The notes: generated by a model not told the origin, from the sequence alone. A DNA stretch of 64,000 nucleotides from Leptogorgia sarmentosa (GCA_964658305.1 OZ210885.1:8246001-8310000); one strand, 5' to 3'. Shown: positions 24,838-36,466, counted from the stretch's first letter. Made by a program: numbers and translations.

Positions 24838-24922
24838 GCCTCTTTAGCTCAGGGGTTAGAGCACTGGTCTAGTAAAACAGCTAGGAAACCAGGGGTCCAG
24901 AGTTCAAATCTCTGAAGAGGCT
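24838..24922 (+). tRNA. tRNA-Thr(AGT) with a 12-nt intron-like insertion (24875-24886)
   Basis: All four stems perfectly paired; insertion AAACAGCTAGGA between positions 37 and 38. Confidence 0.75.
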
Positions 24923-25060
24923 TTGTGAATAAGTGTTCATCCATTTCCTTTTTTGTAATTGGTTACAACGTATGCAGTTAACTCTCGAAAATGTATGGGA
25001 AGTGTGCCATGAAACAAAATTTTTGAAGTGAAATTATTTTATTAAAAACACGTGATAGTA

Positions 25061-25125
25061 CGGGAATTGGCCCCGGCCCATGGCGGTGAAAACGCCAGAT
25101 CCTAACCACTAAAAACCATATGGGA
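25061..25125 (-). pseudogene. Degenerate tRNA-Glu(TTC)
   Basis: Anticodon arm retained; T arm and 3' acceptor strand damaged. Confidence 0.75.
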
Positions 25126-25170
25126 GTGATAACTTGTTCACTATTCCTGTGCTTCAAAGCCAGTTTAATC

Positions 25171-25241
25171 TGCGTTGGCGGGGAATCGAACCCCGGTCTC
25201 CCGCGTGGCAGGCGAGAATTCTACCACTGAACCACCGACGC
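25171..25241 (-). tRNA. tRNA-Gly(GCC)
   Basis: 71-nt cloverleaf, one acceptor-stem mismatch. Confidence 0.88.
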
Positions 25242-25863
25242 AAAGTTGCCCAATTATTTCGTTTTATAATATAAGCAGGGTAAAATCTGCAACGTGATTG
25301 GCTAATGAGCGTGCATTATAACAGCGTAATGCACGCATCTAGCTATTAAATTTCTCCCGCGACTCTTTGGTTTGACAAAAAGACAATAAAAATACATATA
25401 TACTAAAAATACATCCATAAAAAACGCTTGAATTGTTTGCTTTCGCTCAGCTAAAGGAGTAAAGCTGTGTTGCTGCTTGGCAACATTTGAGAACACGCTT
25501 GATTACATGTAAAGAGAATTGTAATTTTGATCTTCCTAACGAAGTTTTTTGAATCAAAACCGGGCCATAAAGGCATACTCTGTTAAAAGCTCCTTTACCC
25601 AAAAACAAAATCAAGGACTTAAAATCAAGAATTTAAAAAACGATACAAAACTAAAAACAATTATGTACAGTATGAATCAATTTGTGGGCATTATTCCTGA
25701 ATCTTTTGTTGCTGGAATTAATTCTTTATTAATCGTGCCAACACGTAAAAGAGGTTGATATCGGAAAATATTGACTTTACTTTTTTTCCGTTATGGATGA
25801 AATTACGAGTTTTCCCAAAATATGGATAAGAAACATGAACTTTTGAAATTCATATTAACTATC

Positions 25864-25914
25864 GATTTTCGCTTTGGGTGCGAGAGGTCACGGGTTCGAT
25901 TCCCGTGCAAGCCC
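25864..25914 (+). pseudogene. 5'-truncated tRNA-Pro(TGG)
   Basis: Only anticodon arm to 3' end present. Confidence 0.8.
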
Positions 25915-25991
25915 TTATAATTAACCAAGTAAGACGTTGTATTTTTTGAAAGCTTTCGTAAATCCTTAGAAAACCCCACCCAAACACGTCA

Positions 25992-26065
25992 CGTCCCTTG
26001 TTGGACTCGAACCAACAACCTTTCGGTTAACAGCCGAACGTGCTAACCGATTGCGCCACAGAGAC
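25992..26065 (-). tRNA. tRNA-Asn(GTT)
   Basis: GTCTCTGTGGCGCAATCGGTTAG...TTCGGCTGTTAACCGAAAGG...GGGACG. Confidence 0.8.
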
Positions 26066-26232
26066 CGACTCCATTGAAAACCTTCCGAAAAGAAACAAAA
26101 AATACTGGATATTATTTTTGTTCAAAATCTGATTTTTAGCCAAGGCCATATGCAACGGCAACAATAAGTAGAACTTCAACGGTGACGATGCCCGCAATGG
26201 TGATTACAATAGTTTTTGGTGTTTGAAACAGA

Positions 26233-26304
26233 TGCTGTGACCAGGATTCGAACCTGGGTTATTGCGGCCACAACGCAATGTACTAACCACTATACGATCA
26301 CGGC
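26233..26304 (-). tRNA. tRNA-His(GTG)
   Basis: GCCGTGATCGTATAGTGGTTAGTACATTGCGTTGTGGCCGCAA... Confidence 0.85.
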
Positions 26305-26393
26305 GACGTCGTTGGAAGATTGGAAAGTGTTTTGGAACTGCTGGGATATTACATTAATCCCCCATTTTTCTCCGTCATTTTGATACCACCAAT

Positions 26394-26466
26394 GGCTTGC
26401 TGGGTCTAGTGGTATGATTCTCGCTTTGGGTGCGAGAGGTCACGGGTTCGATTCCCGTGCAAGCCC
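26394..26466 (+). tRNA. tRNA-Pro(TGG) with a 1-nt insertion near the D arm
   Basis: CTCGC-TTTGGGT-GCGAG anticodon arm; extra G compared with 31525-31596. Confidence 0.75.
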
Positions 26467-26509
26467 TAGTTAATTAACCAAGTAAGACGTTCTGTTTTTT
26501 GAAAGCTTC

Positions 26510-26583
26510 CGTCCCTGGTTGGACTCGAACCAACAACCTTTCGGTTAACAGCCGAACGCGCCAACCGATTGGACCACAGAGAC
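26510..26583 (-). tRNA. tRNA-Asn(GTT), D-arm mutated
   Basis: Full length; D stem mismatches. Confidence 0.65.
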
Positions 26584-26840
26584 CAACTCAAAAACCTTCC
26601 AAAAAGAAATGTAAAAATAATGGATATTACTATTTAATATAACATACACTCGTGAGTTTTCCGAAAACCGCAAATAGCACTCGTCCTTCGGACTCCAGCT
26701 AGAAGTTGAAAACTTTGCTTATCCAAGAAGTTTCCTGGACAACTTCTTTTTATAACTTTTCTCTTTTTTCTCCTACACCCAAATCATAACCACCCATAAC
26801 ACCAAAATTTTGCTAAATACATTCTGGAAATTTGCTCTTC

Positions 26841-26922
26841 CGTAGTCGGCAGGATTTGAACCTGCGCGGTAATTTCCCAACAGATTTCAAGTCTGTCGCC
26901 TTAACCACTCGGCCACGACTAC
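26841..26922 (-). tRNA. tRNA-Ser(TGA)
   Basis: 82 nt, long variable arm, ACAGA-CTTGAAA-TCTGT. Confidence 0.88.
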
Positions 26923-27132
26923 GTTGGCATTAATCTTGGCTTGCACTTCGAAATGAAAATATCTTCAATCTGCTGGTAAAATCCAACAAAATATTTTAGT
27001 AATCGTTTTCAAGTATTGGTGGATAGATTTAACACGAATCGTAGTATATGCATCTCAACTCTTTGGGTCGCATATTTCCCATCCGCCTGCTTTAAAGAAT
27101 TTGAAAGTTTTCCAGTTTATAGGTAGGTTAAG

Positions 27133-27204
27133 AAGGAGCGGGTGGATTTGAACCACCGACCTCTCGATCTGCAGTCGAATGCTCTACCACTGAGCTACAC
27201 TCCC
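27133..27204 (-). tRNA. tRNA-Cys(GCA)
   Basis: GGGAGTGTAGCTCAGTGGTAGAGCATTCGACTGCAGATCGAGAGG... Confidence 0.9.
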
Positions 27205-27418
27205 TGTGCAGTCTACTAGGTTAATTACGTACATATACTTTCAAACGCAGCTATAATCAATTCACGGACCTCTGTTTTTTCAATTTTACATTCAAATACA
27301 AAATCTTTCTTGGGATGTTTCATAGCCTTAATACAAATAAAAAACGCGACTTCTTTCGGTTGTTTTGTAGATGGAAAACGTAGGCATTGAATCTGTCACT
27401 TTAAACACTCAGCCGCCA

Positions 27419-27818
27419 GCAGAAAAATTTTTTAGGATCACTTCGCGGCTTGGATACCAAGCACTGATCCAATTCTGAATCTATTAAAACAGAAAATATT
27501 GTCTTTTCTTCTTCTTTTAGTTTTCCTAATCCTGGCCCAAACAGTAATTCTGACCCTAACAACAAAATGCTGAGAAAAAAACCCCTTGAAAGAAAGCAAA
27601 CAAAATGACAAATAAACAAAATGAGAAAAAGCCAAGACGCGAGAATCGAAACTACAGGGTCGCTACTGGCGAGTCGTGACCATATCGTCTGAGCTAACGA
27701 AGCTCGAGAAAATTTGGCGGTGAAAACCTTTTATATGAATAGAATGTTGCAATACGTAATGTAAATGAAATGAATGCTTAGTAACCAAGCCACGAAATGA
27801 TCCCAAAAAATTTTCTGC
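27419..27818. mobile_element. MULE-type MITE (same family as 9225-9602)
   Basis: TIRs GCAGAAAA..GGATCA / TGATCC..TTCTGC; 9-bp TSD CAGCCGCCA; empty paralogous sites near 32725-32760 and 44290-44330. Confidence 0.88.
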
Positions 27819-28103
27819 CAGCCGCCACCACCGAGAACACAACTTCCTGTCATCGAGTTTTTCCCCAAAACAATTCATGTTTATCCTCGAGGCCAAAATT
27901 GTAAAGACTTTGCATAACGTAGTCGGCAGGATTTCCACTCGAAACCATTCTATTAGCAATACTTATTTTTTTTCCAAACGTAGTAAAATGGTGGAAAGAT
28001 ATGAAACTTGAACCAAAATATATAGAATGCTACCTACCTGTGCAGGAACATGCCTGAATTTGGCTGAAGCCACATTTTACCTCCAGACAAGGGCGTCAAC
28101 TTT

Positions 28104-28174
28104 GCGTTAGTGGTTCAGTGGTAGAATTCTCGCGTGCCACCCTTGAGACCGAGGCTTGATTGACAGCAAACGCA
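28104..28174 (+). pseudogene. Degenerate tRNA-Gly(GCC)
   Basis: 5' half conserved, 3' half heavily mutated. Confidence 0.75.
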
Positions 28175-28253
28175 GAATGTTTTCAATTTTGTTACATTTC
28201 AATTCGAGAAAAAATGTGGGTTCGTAACAGAGACATGATCTCGAAATTGTAAC

Positions 28254-28325
28254 TCCCATGTGGTCTAGTGGTTAGGATCTGGCGTTTTCACCGCCATGAC
28301 CTGGGTTCGATTCCCGGCGTGGGAA
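28254..28325 (+). tRNA. tRNA-Glu(TTC)
   Basis: TGGCG-TTTTCAC-CGCCA arm; followed by T6 terminator. Confidence 0.87.
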
Positions 28326-28802
28326 TTTTTTCTGAAAATTTCTATTTGGAACAGTTTGTCTTCACATATTCAATCTCGCCCGAGACTGGGATTAGATTCC
28401 CGGCTAACGCAGAATATTATCATTCTGACGAGTTTAAATTTCAAATGCAACACGAGAAAAACGTAGATTTGTAACACAGACATAATCGAAAAATTTTATC
28501 TAGGACAGTAAAATTAATATTTTCTGATATCACCGTCACTTATGAAAACTATTTGATAGCCGCAAACTATTTGATTTTGGACAGAGTTTTTGCATTGGTT
28601 TATAAATCCTTGATTTTTACTCTTTATAATTTTATTGGGGAAATTAGAGAATATCCCTTTAGGAATTAATTTTACAAGCTCCTCTTCGCATTAATTTCGT
28701 TCTTAGATCAATTTGTTTCAATTAACTCTGGATAAAAAAAAGGAAGGCGGAAGAGAAAGGTAATAAAATTCGCAGCATTTTAAAATATTCAAATGTCCAA
28801 AT

Positions 28803-28874
28803 AGTTTCTGCCGAGACTTGAACTCGGATCGCTGGATTCAAAGTCCAAAGTGCTAACCATTACACCACAAAACC
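28803..28874 (-). tRNA. tRNA-Gln(TTG)
   Basis: GGTTTTGTGGTGTAATGGTTAGCACTTTGGACTTTGAATCCAGC...; one acceptor mismatch. Confidence 0.78.
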
Positions 28875-29148
28875 TTAACTCAATTAACTCGTAATTTTAT
28901 CCTGGAAAAAGCGAAAGAGTAAAAATGATGTTTTCTGATATCACCCTCTTTTGGTCGAAGCTATTTGATAACTACCAACTATTTGATCATGGACAGAGTT
29001 TTTGCATTGTATTCTCAATTCTTGATCATTTTTTAACTCTTCTATAATTTTACTTGCCGCTAACTTTTATTATGTTGCATTTCAATTTTAATTGCACGAC
29101 GAGAAAAAACCTGGCTTTGTAACACAGGAATGGTCAACAAGTTATCAC

Positions 29149-29220
29149 TCGCATGTGGTCTAGTGGTTAGGATCTGGCGTTTTCACCGCCATCGCCCGAA
29201 TTCGACTCCCGGCGTGGGAA
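29149..29220 (+). tRNA. tRNA-Glu(TTC), mutated (likely pseudogene)
   Basis: Full length; acceptor and T-stem mismatches, B box altered. Confidence 0.6.
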
Positions 29221-29545
29221 TTTTTTCTGAAAATTTCAATTTGAAGCAGCTGTGTTCACATTCTCAAACTTGTTCTCTGAAACCAAAAATATGCAAATTC
29301 AGAAATTAGCAAAACTATTGGTAATGTATTATCTCTATCCCTCTTACCCATTTTTTTGGAGTTTTCTGTACTTAAGTTCTTGTTGAAATAATCTTGCTTT
29401 TCGACAAAAAATTGATTTTGCTGATCATGTTTAAAGTGAACCAATTTCCTAGAACTTACTCTGATTTATTATTTGAAGGTGTTTGGTGAAAATGTTCGGC
29501 ATCTTGTGGAATATGAACATTATAACGAAAGAATTGGGCAACTTT

Positions 29546-29616
29546 GCGTTGGTGGTTCAGTGGTAGAATTCTCGCCTGCCACGCGGGAGACCGGGGTTCG
29601 ATTCCCCGCTAACGCA
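29546..29616 (+). tRNA. tRNA-Gly(GCC)
   Basis: Intact 71-nt cloverleaf. Confidence 0.92.
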
Positions 29617-30044
29617 GATTATTATCATTTCTTGCATTTCGGTTTGGGTTGCAACTCGAGAAAAAGCGTGGCTTTGTAACACAGACATAATCTCATAATT
29701 TTCTCCATAATAGAGGAATGTAAAATTAATATTTTCTGATATCACCCTCTTTTAGCTAAAACTGTTTGATAGCCACAAACTATGTCATCATGGACAGAGT
29801 TTTTGCATTGGTTTCCAAATTCTTGATTATATTCCAATCGTTTCTAATTTTACTCATTAAAGAGCTTCTATAATAGATATCACTTTTGTAACTAAAATAA
29901 GAAGTTCACCTTCGCATCAATTGTTCTTCCTCGATGAATGATTTTTTTTTCAACTAACTGTGACTTGCAAAAAGGACATTGTAAGAGAAACGTAATGAAA
30001 TGCGCTACCTTATGCAATGTTTCCAATGCATAGTTGAGTCTACT

Positions 30045-30116
30045 AGGTTCTGCCGAGACTTGAACTCGGATAGATGGATTCAAATTCCAAAGTGCTAACC
30101 ATTACACCACAGAAAC
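30045..30116 (-). tRNA. tRNA-Gln(TTG), mutated
   Basis: Full length; several substitutions relative to 37653-37724. Confidence 0.6.
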
Positions 30117-30241
30117 TTAACACGATAATATAAATTTTCCGAATTGTTTAACGTTTCTTCTTTCTGTAACACAGAAAGGCATCTCTTTAAACAATGTCGA
30201 TGTTTACTAAAAGGAAATTATATCGGTCAGGATGTCACGTA

Positions 30242-30323
30242 GGTAGCGTGGCCGAGTGGTCTAAGGCGCTGGTTTAAGGCGCCAGTCATTTCGATGGCGT
30301 GGGTTCGAATCCCACCGCTGCCA
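30242..30323 (+). tRNA. tRNA-Leu(AAG)
   Basis: GGTAGCGTGGCCGAGTGGTCTAAGGCGCTGGTTTAAGGCGCCAG...CCGCTGCCA. Confidence 0.92.
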
Positions 30324-30810
30324 AATTTTCGTTGTTCTTGCACGTTGTGGTTGATTCAGCTCACATAAGTTTCACAAGCTGACGCTTCTTATCCATATTT
30401 TGGGAAAACTCATAATTTCATCCATAACGGAAAAAAAGTAAAATTCTCAACTCTTGAAAATTTTTCACTTTTTTATCATTTTTCCTGTTAAAGAGCTTCC
30501 ATAAACGAGTATATATCGCTTTAGCACTACACGAAATGTATGCAAACCCACAATTTCACCGTCGAAAACGCTAACAAGATAATACAAAAATAACATAAAC
30601 ACAGTATTTCTGGTGACCATTCAAATTTCCCAATGGTATTGAAATCGTTTGATTTTAACTGGGATTATAGAAAAATTGTAATAAAATAATGTGTACCCTT
30701 TTCACGTATTTGGGTCAGGTAAATTCTCAAGGGAAAGAATCAGAGCGGGATGTGGCATGTTGAAGGTAGCAAAGAATAAAAGTGGTAGCAAATTCCATGT
30801 TTTCATGCGT

Positions 30811-31208
30811 GTCAGGATGGCCGGATCGGCGTTAGATCATAGTCAGCGTAGGAACATATCCGAGACTGCTTTATATGTCGGTCAGCGGTGATAGAAATTT
30901 CTATTCGCGTATTCACAAAATAAACAAGTCCCAAACCATAAATCTGACCCTAACCTTTGGTTATGGTTTGGGACTGGTGATTAGGGTCAGATTTATGGGA
31001 CTGGTTATTTTGTGAATACGCCAATAGAAATTTCTATCACCGCTGACCGACATATAAAGCAGTCTCGCATATGTTCCTACCCTGACTATGATCTAACGCC
31101 GATCGGATGGCCGAGCGGGCTAAGGCGCCAGACTCAAGTGCAAAAATTTGTCACGATCAACCTTGACGTAATAGGGTGTTCTGGTCCACACATGTGGTCG
31201 TGGGTTCG
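30811..31208 (+). pseudogene. Intron-containing tRNA-Leu(CAA) disrupted by a MITE and 3'-truncated
   Basis: GTCAGGATGGCCG, then insertion, then GGATGGCCGAGCGG...CCAGACTCAAG, intron, TTCTGG...GGGTTCG. Confidence 0.85.
30824..31104. mobile_element. Foldback MITE with 9-bp TSD (MULE-like)
   Basis: TIRs GATCGGCGTTAGATCATAGTCAG (~100 bp arms); TSD GGATGGCCG at 30815-30823 and 31105-31113. Confidence 0.9.
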
Positions 31209-31524
31209 CAAAACATATAGAAAGTTTCGGAGATGTGAATCGATGCAACAAAAAATATGAAGCAAGTTAAATACCATGCAGGTCCAAGCCAGATTTAAAC
31301 TGAGGTCTTTCCAGTGTGAGACGCATGCAGTAACCAGTGCACTACACGAAATGTATAGCAATCCCTAAATTTCACCGAAGAATCTAGAAAACGCTAACAA
31401 GATAAAATAAAAAATAACAAAAACACAGTATTTCCGATTACCATTCAAATTTCCCATTGGTATTACAATCGTTTGATTTTAACTGGGATTATAGAAAAAT
31501 ACGTCTTACTTGGGTAATTAACTA

Positions 31525-31596
31525 GGGCTTGCACGGGAATCGAACCCGTGACCTCTCGCACCCAAAGCGAGAATCATACCACTAGACCAGCAAGCC
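31525..31596 (-). tRNA. tRNA-Pro(TGG)
   Basis: Intact 72-nt cloverleaf. Confidence 0.92.
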
Positions 31597-31707
31597 ATTG
31601 ATTTTATGAAAATGTTTTCTAATGTACCTTGTACTGACGGAGAAAAATGGGGGATTAATGTAATGTCTCAGCCGTTCCAAAACATTTTCCAATCTTCCAG
31701 CGAAGTC

Positions 31708-31779
31708 GCTGTGATCGTATAGTGGTTAGTACATTGCGTTGTGGCCGCAATAACCCAGGTTCGAATCCTGGTCACGGCA
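31708..31779 (+). tRNA. tRNA-His(GTG)
   Basis: Intact cloverleaf. Confidence 0.9.
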
Positions 31780-31945
31780 TCTGATTCAAACAGCCAAAGT
31801 ATTGTAATTACGATTGCGGATATCGTCACGGTTGAAGTTCTTTTTATTTTTGTCGTTGGATGATGCCTTGAGAAAAAATCAGATTTTGACCAAAAATAAA
31901 ACCATTATTTTTATATTTCTCTTCGGAAGGTTTTCATTGGAGTCG

Positions 31946-31951
31946 GTCTCT

Positions 31952-31995
<44 letters not shown>

Positions 31996-32019
31996 TTGGT
32001 TCGAGTCCAACCAGGGACG
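31946..32019 (+). tRNA. tRNA-Asn(GTT)
   Basis: Intact 74-nt cloverleaf. Confidence 0.92.
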
Positions 32020-32141
32020 TGTTTGGTGTGATGTTATTCAGACGTCGTGATGGTAAATGTAACCGATTTTTTTGCGCGGGGTTTTCTAAGGAATTATGAA
32101 AGTTTTCAAAAGAGAGAACATCTTACTTGGTTAATTAACTA

Positions 32142-32213
32142 GGGCTTGCACGGGAATCGAACCCATGACCTCTCGCACCCAAAGCAAGAATCATACCACT
32201 AGACCAGCAAGCC
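32142..32213 (-). tRNA. tRNA-Pro(TGG)
   Basis: Full length, two C-to-T changes giving G-U pairs. Confidence 0.82.
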
Positions 32214-32560
32214 ATTGATTGTATCAAATTGTTCTCTAATGTACTTTGTACTGACGAAGAAAAATGTGGGATTAATGTATAATATCTCAGGCGTTGCAAC
32301 TCGATGAGAGGAGATTCTGTTCTCGACGGAAAGAAGTTACATGATGACACATGCCGTGAATGAGTTTGTATTTAAATGCAAAATTGACAAAACAGAGGTA
32401 ATGAAAGAATTGATACTTTTCGTGAAGGTATATGTAGGTAATTAACCTAGGTTAACAGTTAATTCGACTGCAGATCGAGAGGTCGGTGTTGTCACACCCA
32501 TAAACTGGAAATCTTCAAAATTCTTGAATTATTCATTTCGAAATACATGGCAATGCCAAC

Positions 32561-32642
32561 GTAGTCGTGGCCGAGTGGTTAAGGCGACAGACTCGAAATC
32601 TGTTGGGAAATTCCCGCGCAGGTTCAAATCCTGCCGACTACG
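32561..32642 (+). tRNA. tRNA-Ser(CGA)
   Basis: ACAGA-CTCGAAA-TCTGT; intact. Confidence 0.92.
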
Positions 32643-33250
32643 TTATGCAAAGTCTTCAACATTTTCGTCTCGAATTCAAACACGATTTTTTTGGGGGAAA
32701 AACTGGATGAGAGGAAGTTGTGTTCTCGGTGGTGGTGGCTGGGAGTTTAAAGTGACAGATTCAATGTCCAAGTTTTCCATCTAGAAAAATAAAGGAAAGA
32801 AGTCCCGTTTTATTGTATTAAGGTTTTGAAACATGCCAACAATGAGTTTCTATTTGTGTTGCAATTGAAATTGAAATGCAACAAAATCAAAATATTCTGG
32901 GTTTGAAGTTCTTGGAAATTGTTTCACTTTAAACATGATCAGCAAAATATTTTTTTTTTTGGAAAAGCAAAATCATGACAACAAAGACTTAAATAGAGAA
33001 AACACTAAAAGATTTGGTATGAGGGATATGATGAAAGTCAGAATATAAATCCATTACGAAGTTAATTAAACGTAATTTCCTCTATTATCACGTGTTTTTG
33101 ATGAAATAAATTCTGTTCAAAAATTTTGTTTCAGGTCACACTTTTCATACAATCATGACAGTTAACTTGTCTTAACAGCCGAAAGCCCTAACCGATTGCG
33201 CCACAGAGGCTGACACCCTTCGGAAAACTTTCGGGGGAAAAATATAAAAA

Positions 33251-34550
33251 TAGGTACACAAAGTGTAAATGTATCTGCGCCTATGTAGCTTGGTTACCAG
33301 CGATGTATAAAATGATTTATTGCTAGGGAACAGGCGAATAGCGCAAATACTTATTTATTTTTTTGACGTGAGGTTGTGCATGGTTAAGACGTGAGACGTA
33401 CTCAATACTTGATATAAGCTTACATGACTTCTCGCATTCCGGAATTCGCGCGATTCATATCAAATTGCATAATGAATTTAAACTTGACGAAATATGATAT
33501 CGCATTTTATGCTATTGCATCCTTAATAGACAGCGCTTTGCGATTGTTTGTGAAAAATGTAGCTTTCTATAAACCAAATTTACTCTTTTCAAAACCATAT
33601 TATAATAATATATTTATATGCGCTATATTCTATCCATTCATGCAGCATTTGCCTAGACGGTCAAGTGTATGGTCGGTATGCGCGTAGATTCAAAATACGT
33701 ATAATAGTTATATATGATTTCGTTTCTTTTGTCTCGCGCTTAACAAACGCGTTTTATTACAAGCTACAAAATCTATTTTCCTGGGATTGAATGTTTCAAC
33801 CATTCTGTATGGCGAAGCGTCAAAATATAGTAGATATTCCGTGATCACAATGACAACGCGTGCAGTCCAAACATGTACAAATGTGTCACTGTGTCAGTGC
33901 CGGACACGCTAAAGTATCGTAGGGAAAATATACGAGTAATTTTGTCAAGACATAAACCTCTTTCAATCGAAACGTGTATAATATTCGCTCATTTCGCTGT
34001 GTGTTTAAGGTAATACAATGTATAATTTGCGTCATGATATTTCTGCTTTGATGATCTAAATTCCGTAGCAAACCTCTTTAATATCTTTAAAAGCAATGCC
34101 AATGTATAATTTGCGTCGTGATATTTTTGCGTATCTGCGTATAAGTCTGCGGCACGCAGTGTCTCATTTCTATCCTACTTTTGATATCCAAACAACCCGT
34201 AAAACCAGCTGTAATTCTGTCATGTTTACACTTACCAGATCAAGATAGGTCTCCGTATAAAATGGCGACAAAAGTAGGATAGAAATGAGAAAAAAGTGCA
34301 ATATTTTAAACGATTTACCAAGCAAGCTTCGAAGTTCGGAGTATTTGCAAATGGCGGGACATCAGAATTCAGAATCGACATGCGAAAAGCGCTGCTCTGA
34401 TTGGCTACAAGCTAACAGCTAGAAGCTCTGATTGGCTAGAAGCTAACAGCACGAAGCTCTGGTTGGCTACAGGCACGGTTACAGTTACAGTTACAGTTAC
34501 AGCTAACAACACGATAGCAATATATCTGCGTCACTACGTCACGCAGATAC
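33251..34550 (-). mobile_element. Full-length DINE-1/HINE-like non-autonomous Helentron
   Basis: On minus strand: TTTTTGTATCTGCG hairpin, (TGTAAC)4 microsatellite, internal ~31-bp tandem repeats, 3' CGCAGATACA plus TACAC-TTT-GTGTA stem-loop; inserted in a T run without TSD; empty site at ~43820-43845. Confidence 0.8.
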
Positions 34551-34685
34551 AAAAACAATGGACACTATTTTTGGCCAAAATCTGATTTTTTGCCAAGGCC
34601 ACATTGAACGGCAATAAGAAACAGAACTTCAACGGTGACGATGACCGCAATGGTGATTACAATAATCTTTGGTGTTTGAAACAGA

Positions 34686-34757
34686 TGCCGTGACCTGGAT
34701 TCGAACCTGGGTTATTGCGGCCACAACGCAATGTACTAACCACTATACGATCACGGC
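34686..34757 (-). tRNA. tRNA-His(GTG)
   Basis: Full length, one T-stem mismatch. Confidence 0.8.
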
Positions 34758-34883
34758 GACGTCGCTGCAAAATTGGAAATGTTTTGGAACGGCTGAGATA
34801 TTACATTAGTCCCATCTTTTTCTTCGTCAGTACAAAGTACATTAGAGAACAATTTGTTACCATCAATGGCTTGCTGGTCTAGT

Positions 34884-35548
34884 CATAGGTAGCCCAACGC
34901 ACGCATGACGTAACATTCAGTAGTATAATATGACAAGGTTGGCAAGTAAACAATAATATGACTCGTTACCGCTTAAAATCAGGCGAAAAAATCAACCTCT
35001 TACGAACAAACTTCGCTAAAAAATAGCAGCCCCTACTTCTAAGATAGTATTACTAAATATATACAACGTTTTTTGGCAACAAAACATGTGAAAAAGTCGA
35101 AAAAATACGAAAAGTTTCTCTTAATTTGCCGTGTCTCGATGCTGGATGCCTGTTGCCGTGCAAAAATTGCCGTTTGAAATGACGAATACGCGATCCTATT
35201 GGTTATAAATAAACCGACAAAACAGCCCACCAATAGGATTGCGTATTCGTTATTTCAAACGGCAATTTTTGCACGGCAACAGGCATCCAGCATCGAGACA
35301 CGGCAAATTAAGAGAAACTTTTCGTATTTTTTCGACTTTTTCACATGTTTTGTTGCCAAAAAACGTTGTATATATTTAGTAATACTATCTTAGAAGTAGG
35401 GGCTGCTATTTTTTATCGAAGTTTGTTCGTAAGAGGTTGATTATTTCGCCTTGTTTTAAGCGGTAGCGAGTCATATTATTGTTTACTTGCCAACCTTGTC
35501 ATATTATACTACTGAATGTTACGTCATGCGTGCGTTGGGCTACCTATG
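34884..35548. mobile_element. P-like foldback MITE inserted in the A box of a tRNA-Pro 5' fragment
   Basis: 665-bp near-perfect palindrome, termini CATAGGTAGCCC / GGGCTACCTATG; 7-bp TSD GTCTAGT (34877-34883, 35549-35555). Confidence 0.9.
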
Positions 35549-35572
35549 GTCTAGTGGTAAAATAAATGTTTC

Positions 35573-35648
35573 TCCCATGTAGTCTAGTGAGTGCTCCGGA
35601 TCTGGCGCTCTCACCACCAAGGCCTGGGTTCTATTCCCGGCATGGGAA
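35573..35648 (+). pseudogene. Degenerate tRNA-Glu(CTC)
   Basis: D-loop insertion and B-box mutation. Confidence 0.75.
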
Positions 35649-35806
35649 TAATACTTGCAAGAGACGGAAAACAAACGTGCAATTCCAGAAATTAGCAAAA
35701 CTATTGCTATTATACTAGCCCATGATTTATTATTTGAAGATGTTTGATGAAAATGTTCGGCATTTTGTGAAATATGAACATTATAACGAAAGAATTGGGC
35801 TACTTT

Positions 35807-35877
35807 GCGTTGGTGGTTCAGTGGTAGAATTCTCGCCTGCCACACGGGAGACCGGGGTTCGATTCCACGCTAACGCA
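35807..35877 (+). tRNA. tRNA-Gly(GCC), two stem mismatches
   Basis: Full length. Confidence 0.72.
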
Positions 35878-35967
35878 GATTATTTTCATTTTGTTGCATT
35901 TTAATTTCAACAGCAACGTGAGAAACAAACTGGCTTTGTAACACAAGAATAGTCAACAAGTTATCAC

Positions 35968-36033
35968 TCCCATGTGGTCTAGTGGTTAGGATCTGGCGTT
36001 TTCACCGCCATGGCCAGGGTTCGATTCCTGGCA
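35968..36033 (+). pseudogene. tRNA-Glu(TTC) lacking the 3' acceptor strand
   Basis: Ends after the T arm. Confidence 0.78.
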
Positions 36034-36123
36034 TTTTCCGAAAAATTCATTTTGAAGCAGCTTGTGTTCACATTTTCATGATCAAACTCGTTCTCTGAAA
36101 CCAAACCATTTTAACAGCGCTAC

Positions 36124-36196
36124 GACCTTGTGGCGCAATTGGTAGCGCGTCTGACTCCAGATCAGAAGGTTAAGTGTTCAATTCACTTCAAGGTCA
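36124..36196 (+). tRNA. tRNA-Trp(CCA)
   Basis: Intact cloverleaf. Confidence 0.9.
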
Positions 36197-36345
36197 AGCA
36201 CTTCTGGCCACGCTGTCTGTCGAAATTTCTTCAAATTCAAATTAAAAATATTATCGCTATTTTCACATTCCGAGAAAAGATAAATGTTTTTCCCATGTGG
36301 TCCAGTGGTCAGCATCTGGCGCTCTCGAAAAGATTAGATAACTTT

Positions 36346-36416
36346 GCGTTGGTGTTTCAGTGGTAGAATTCTCGCCTGCCACGCGGGAGACCGGGGTTCG
36401 ATTCCCCGCTAACGCA
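36346..36416 (+). tRNA. tRNA-Gly(GCC)
   Basis: Full length, G10T in the A box; preceded by a Glu(CTC) 5' half at 36291-36326. Confidence 0.75.
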
Positions 36417-36466
36417 GATTATTTTCATTTTTTCATCCATTTTATTCCCAAGCAACCTTGGGCCTA

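Noticed and set aside
30824..31104. Dada transposon, given the tRNA-Leu A-box target
   Set aside because: Long TIRs and a 9-bp TSD fit a MULE-like foldback better; no transposase is present to test
35039..35393. Two nearly identical ORFs on opposite strands
   Set aside because: Artefact of the palindromic MITE 34884-35548
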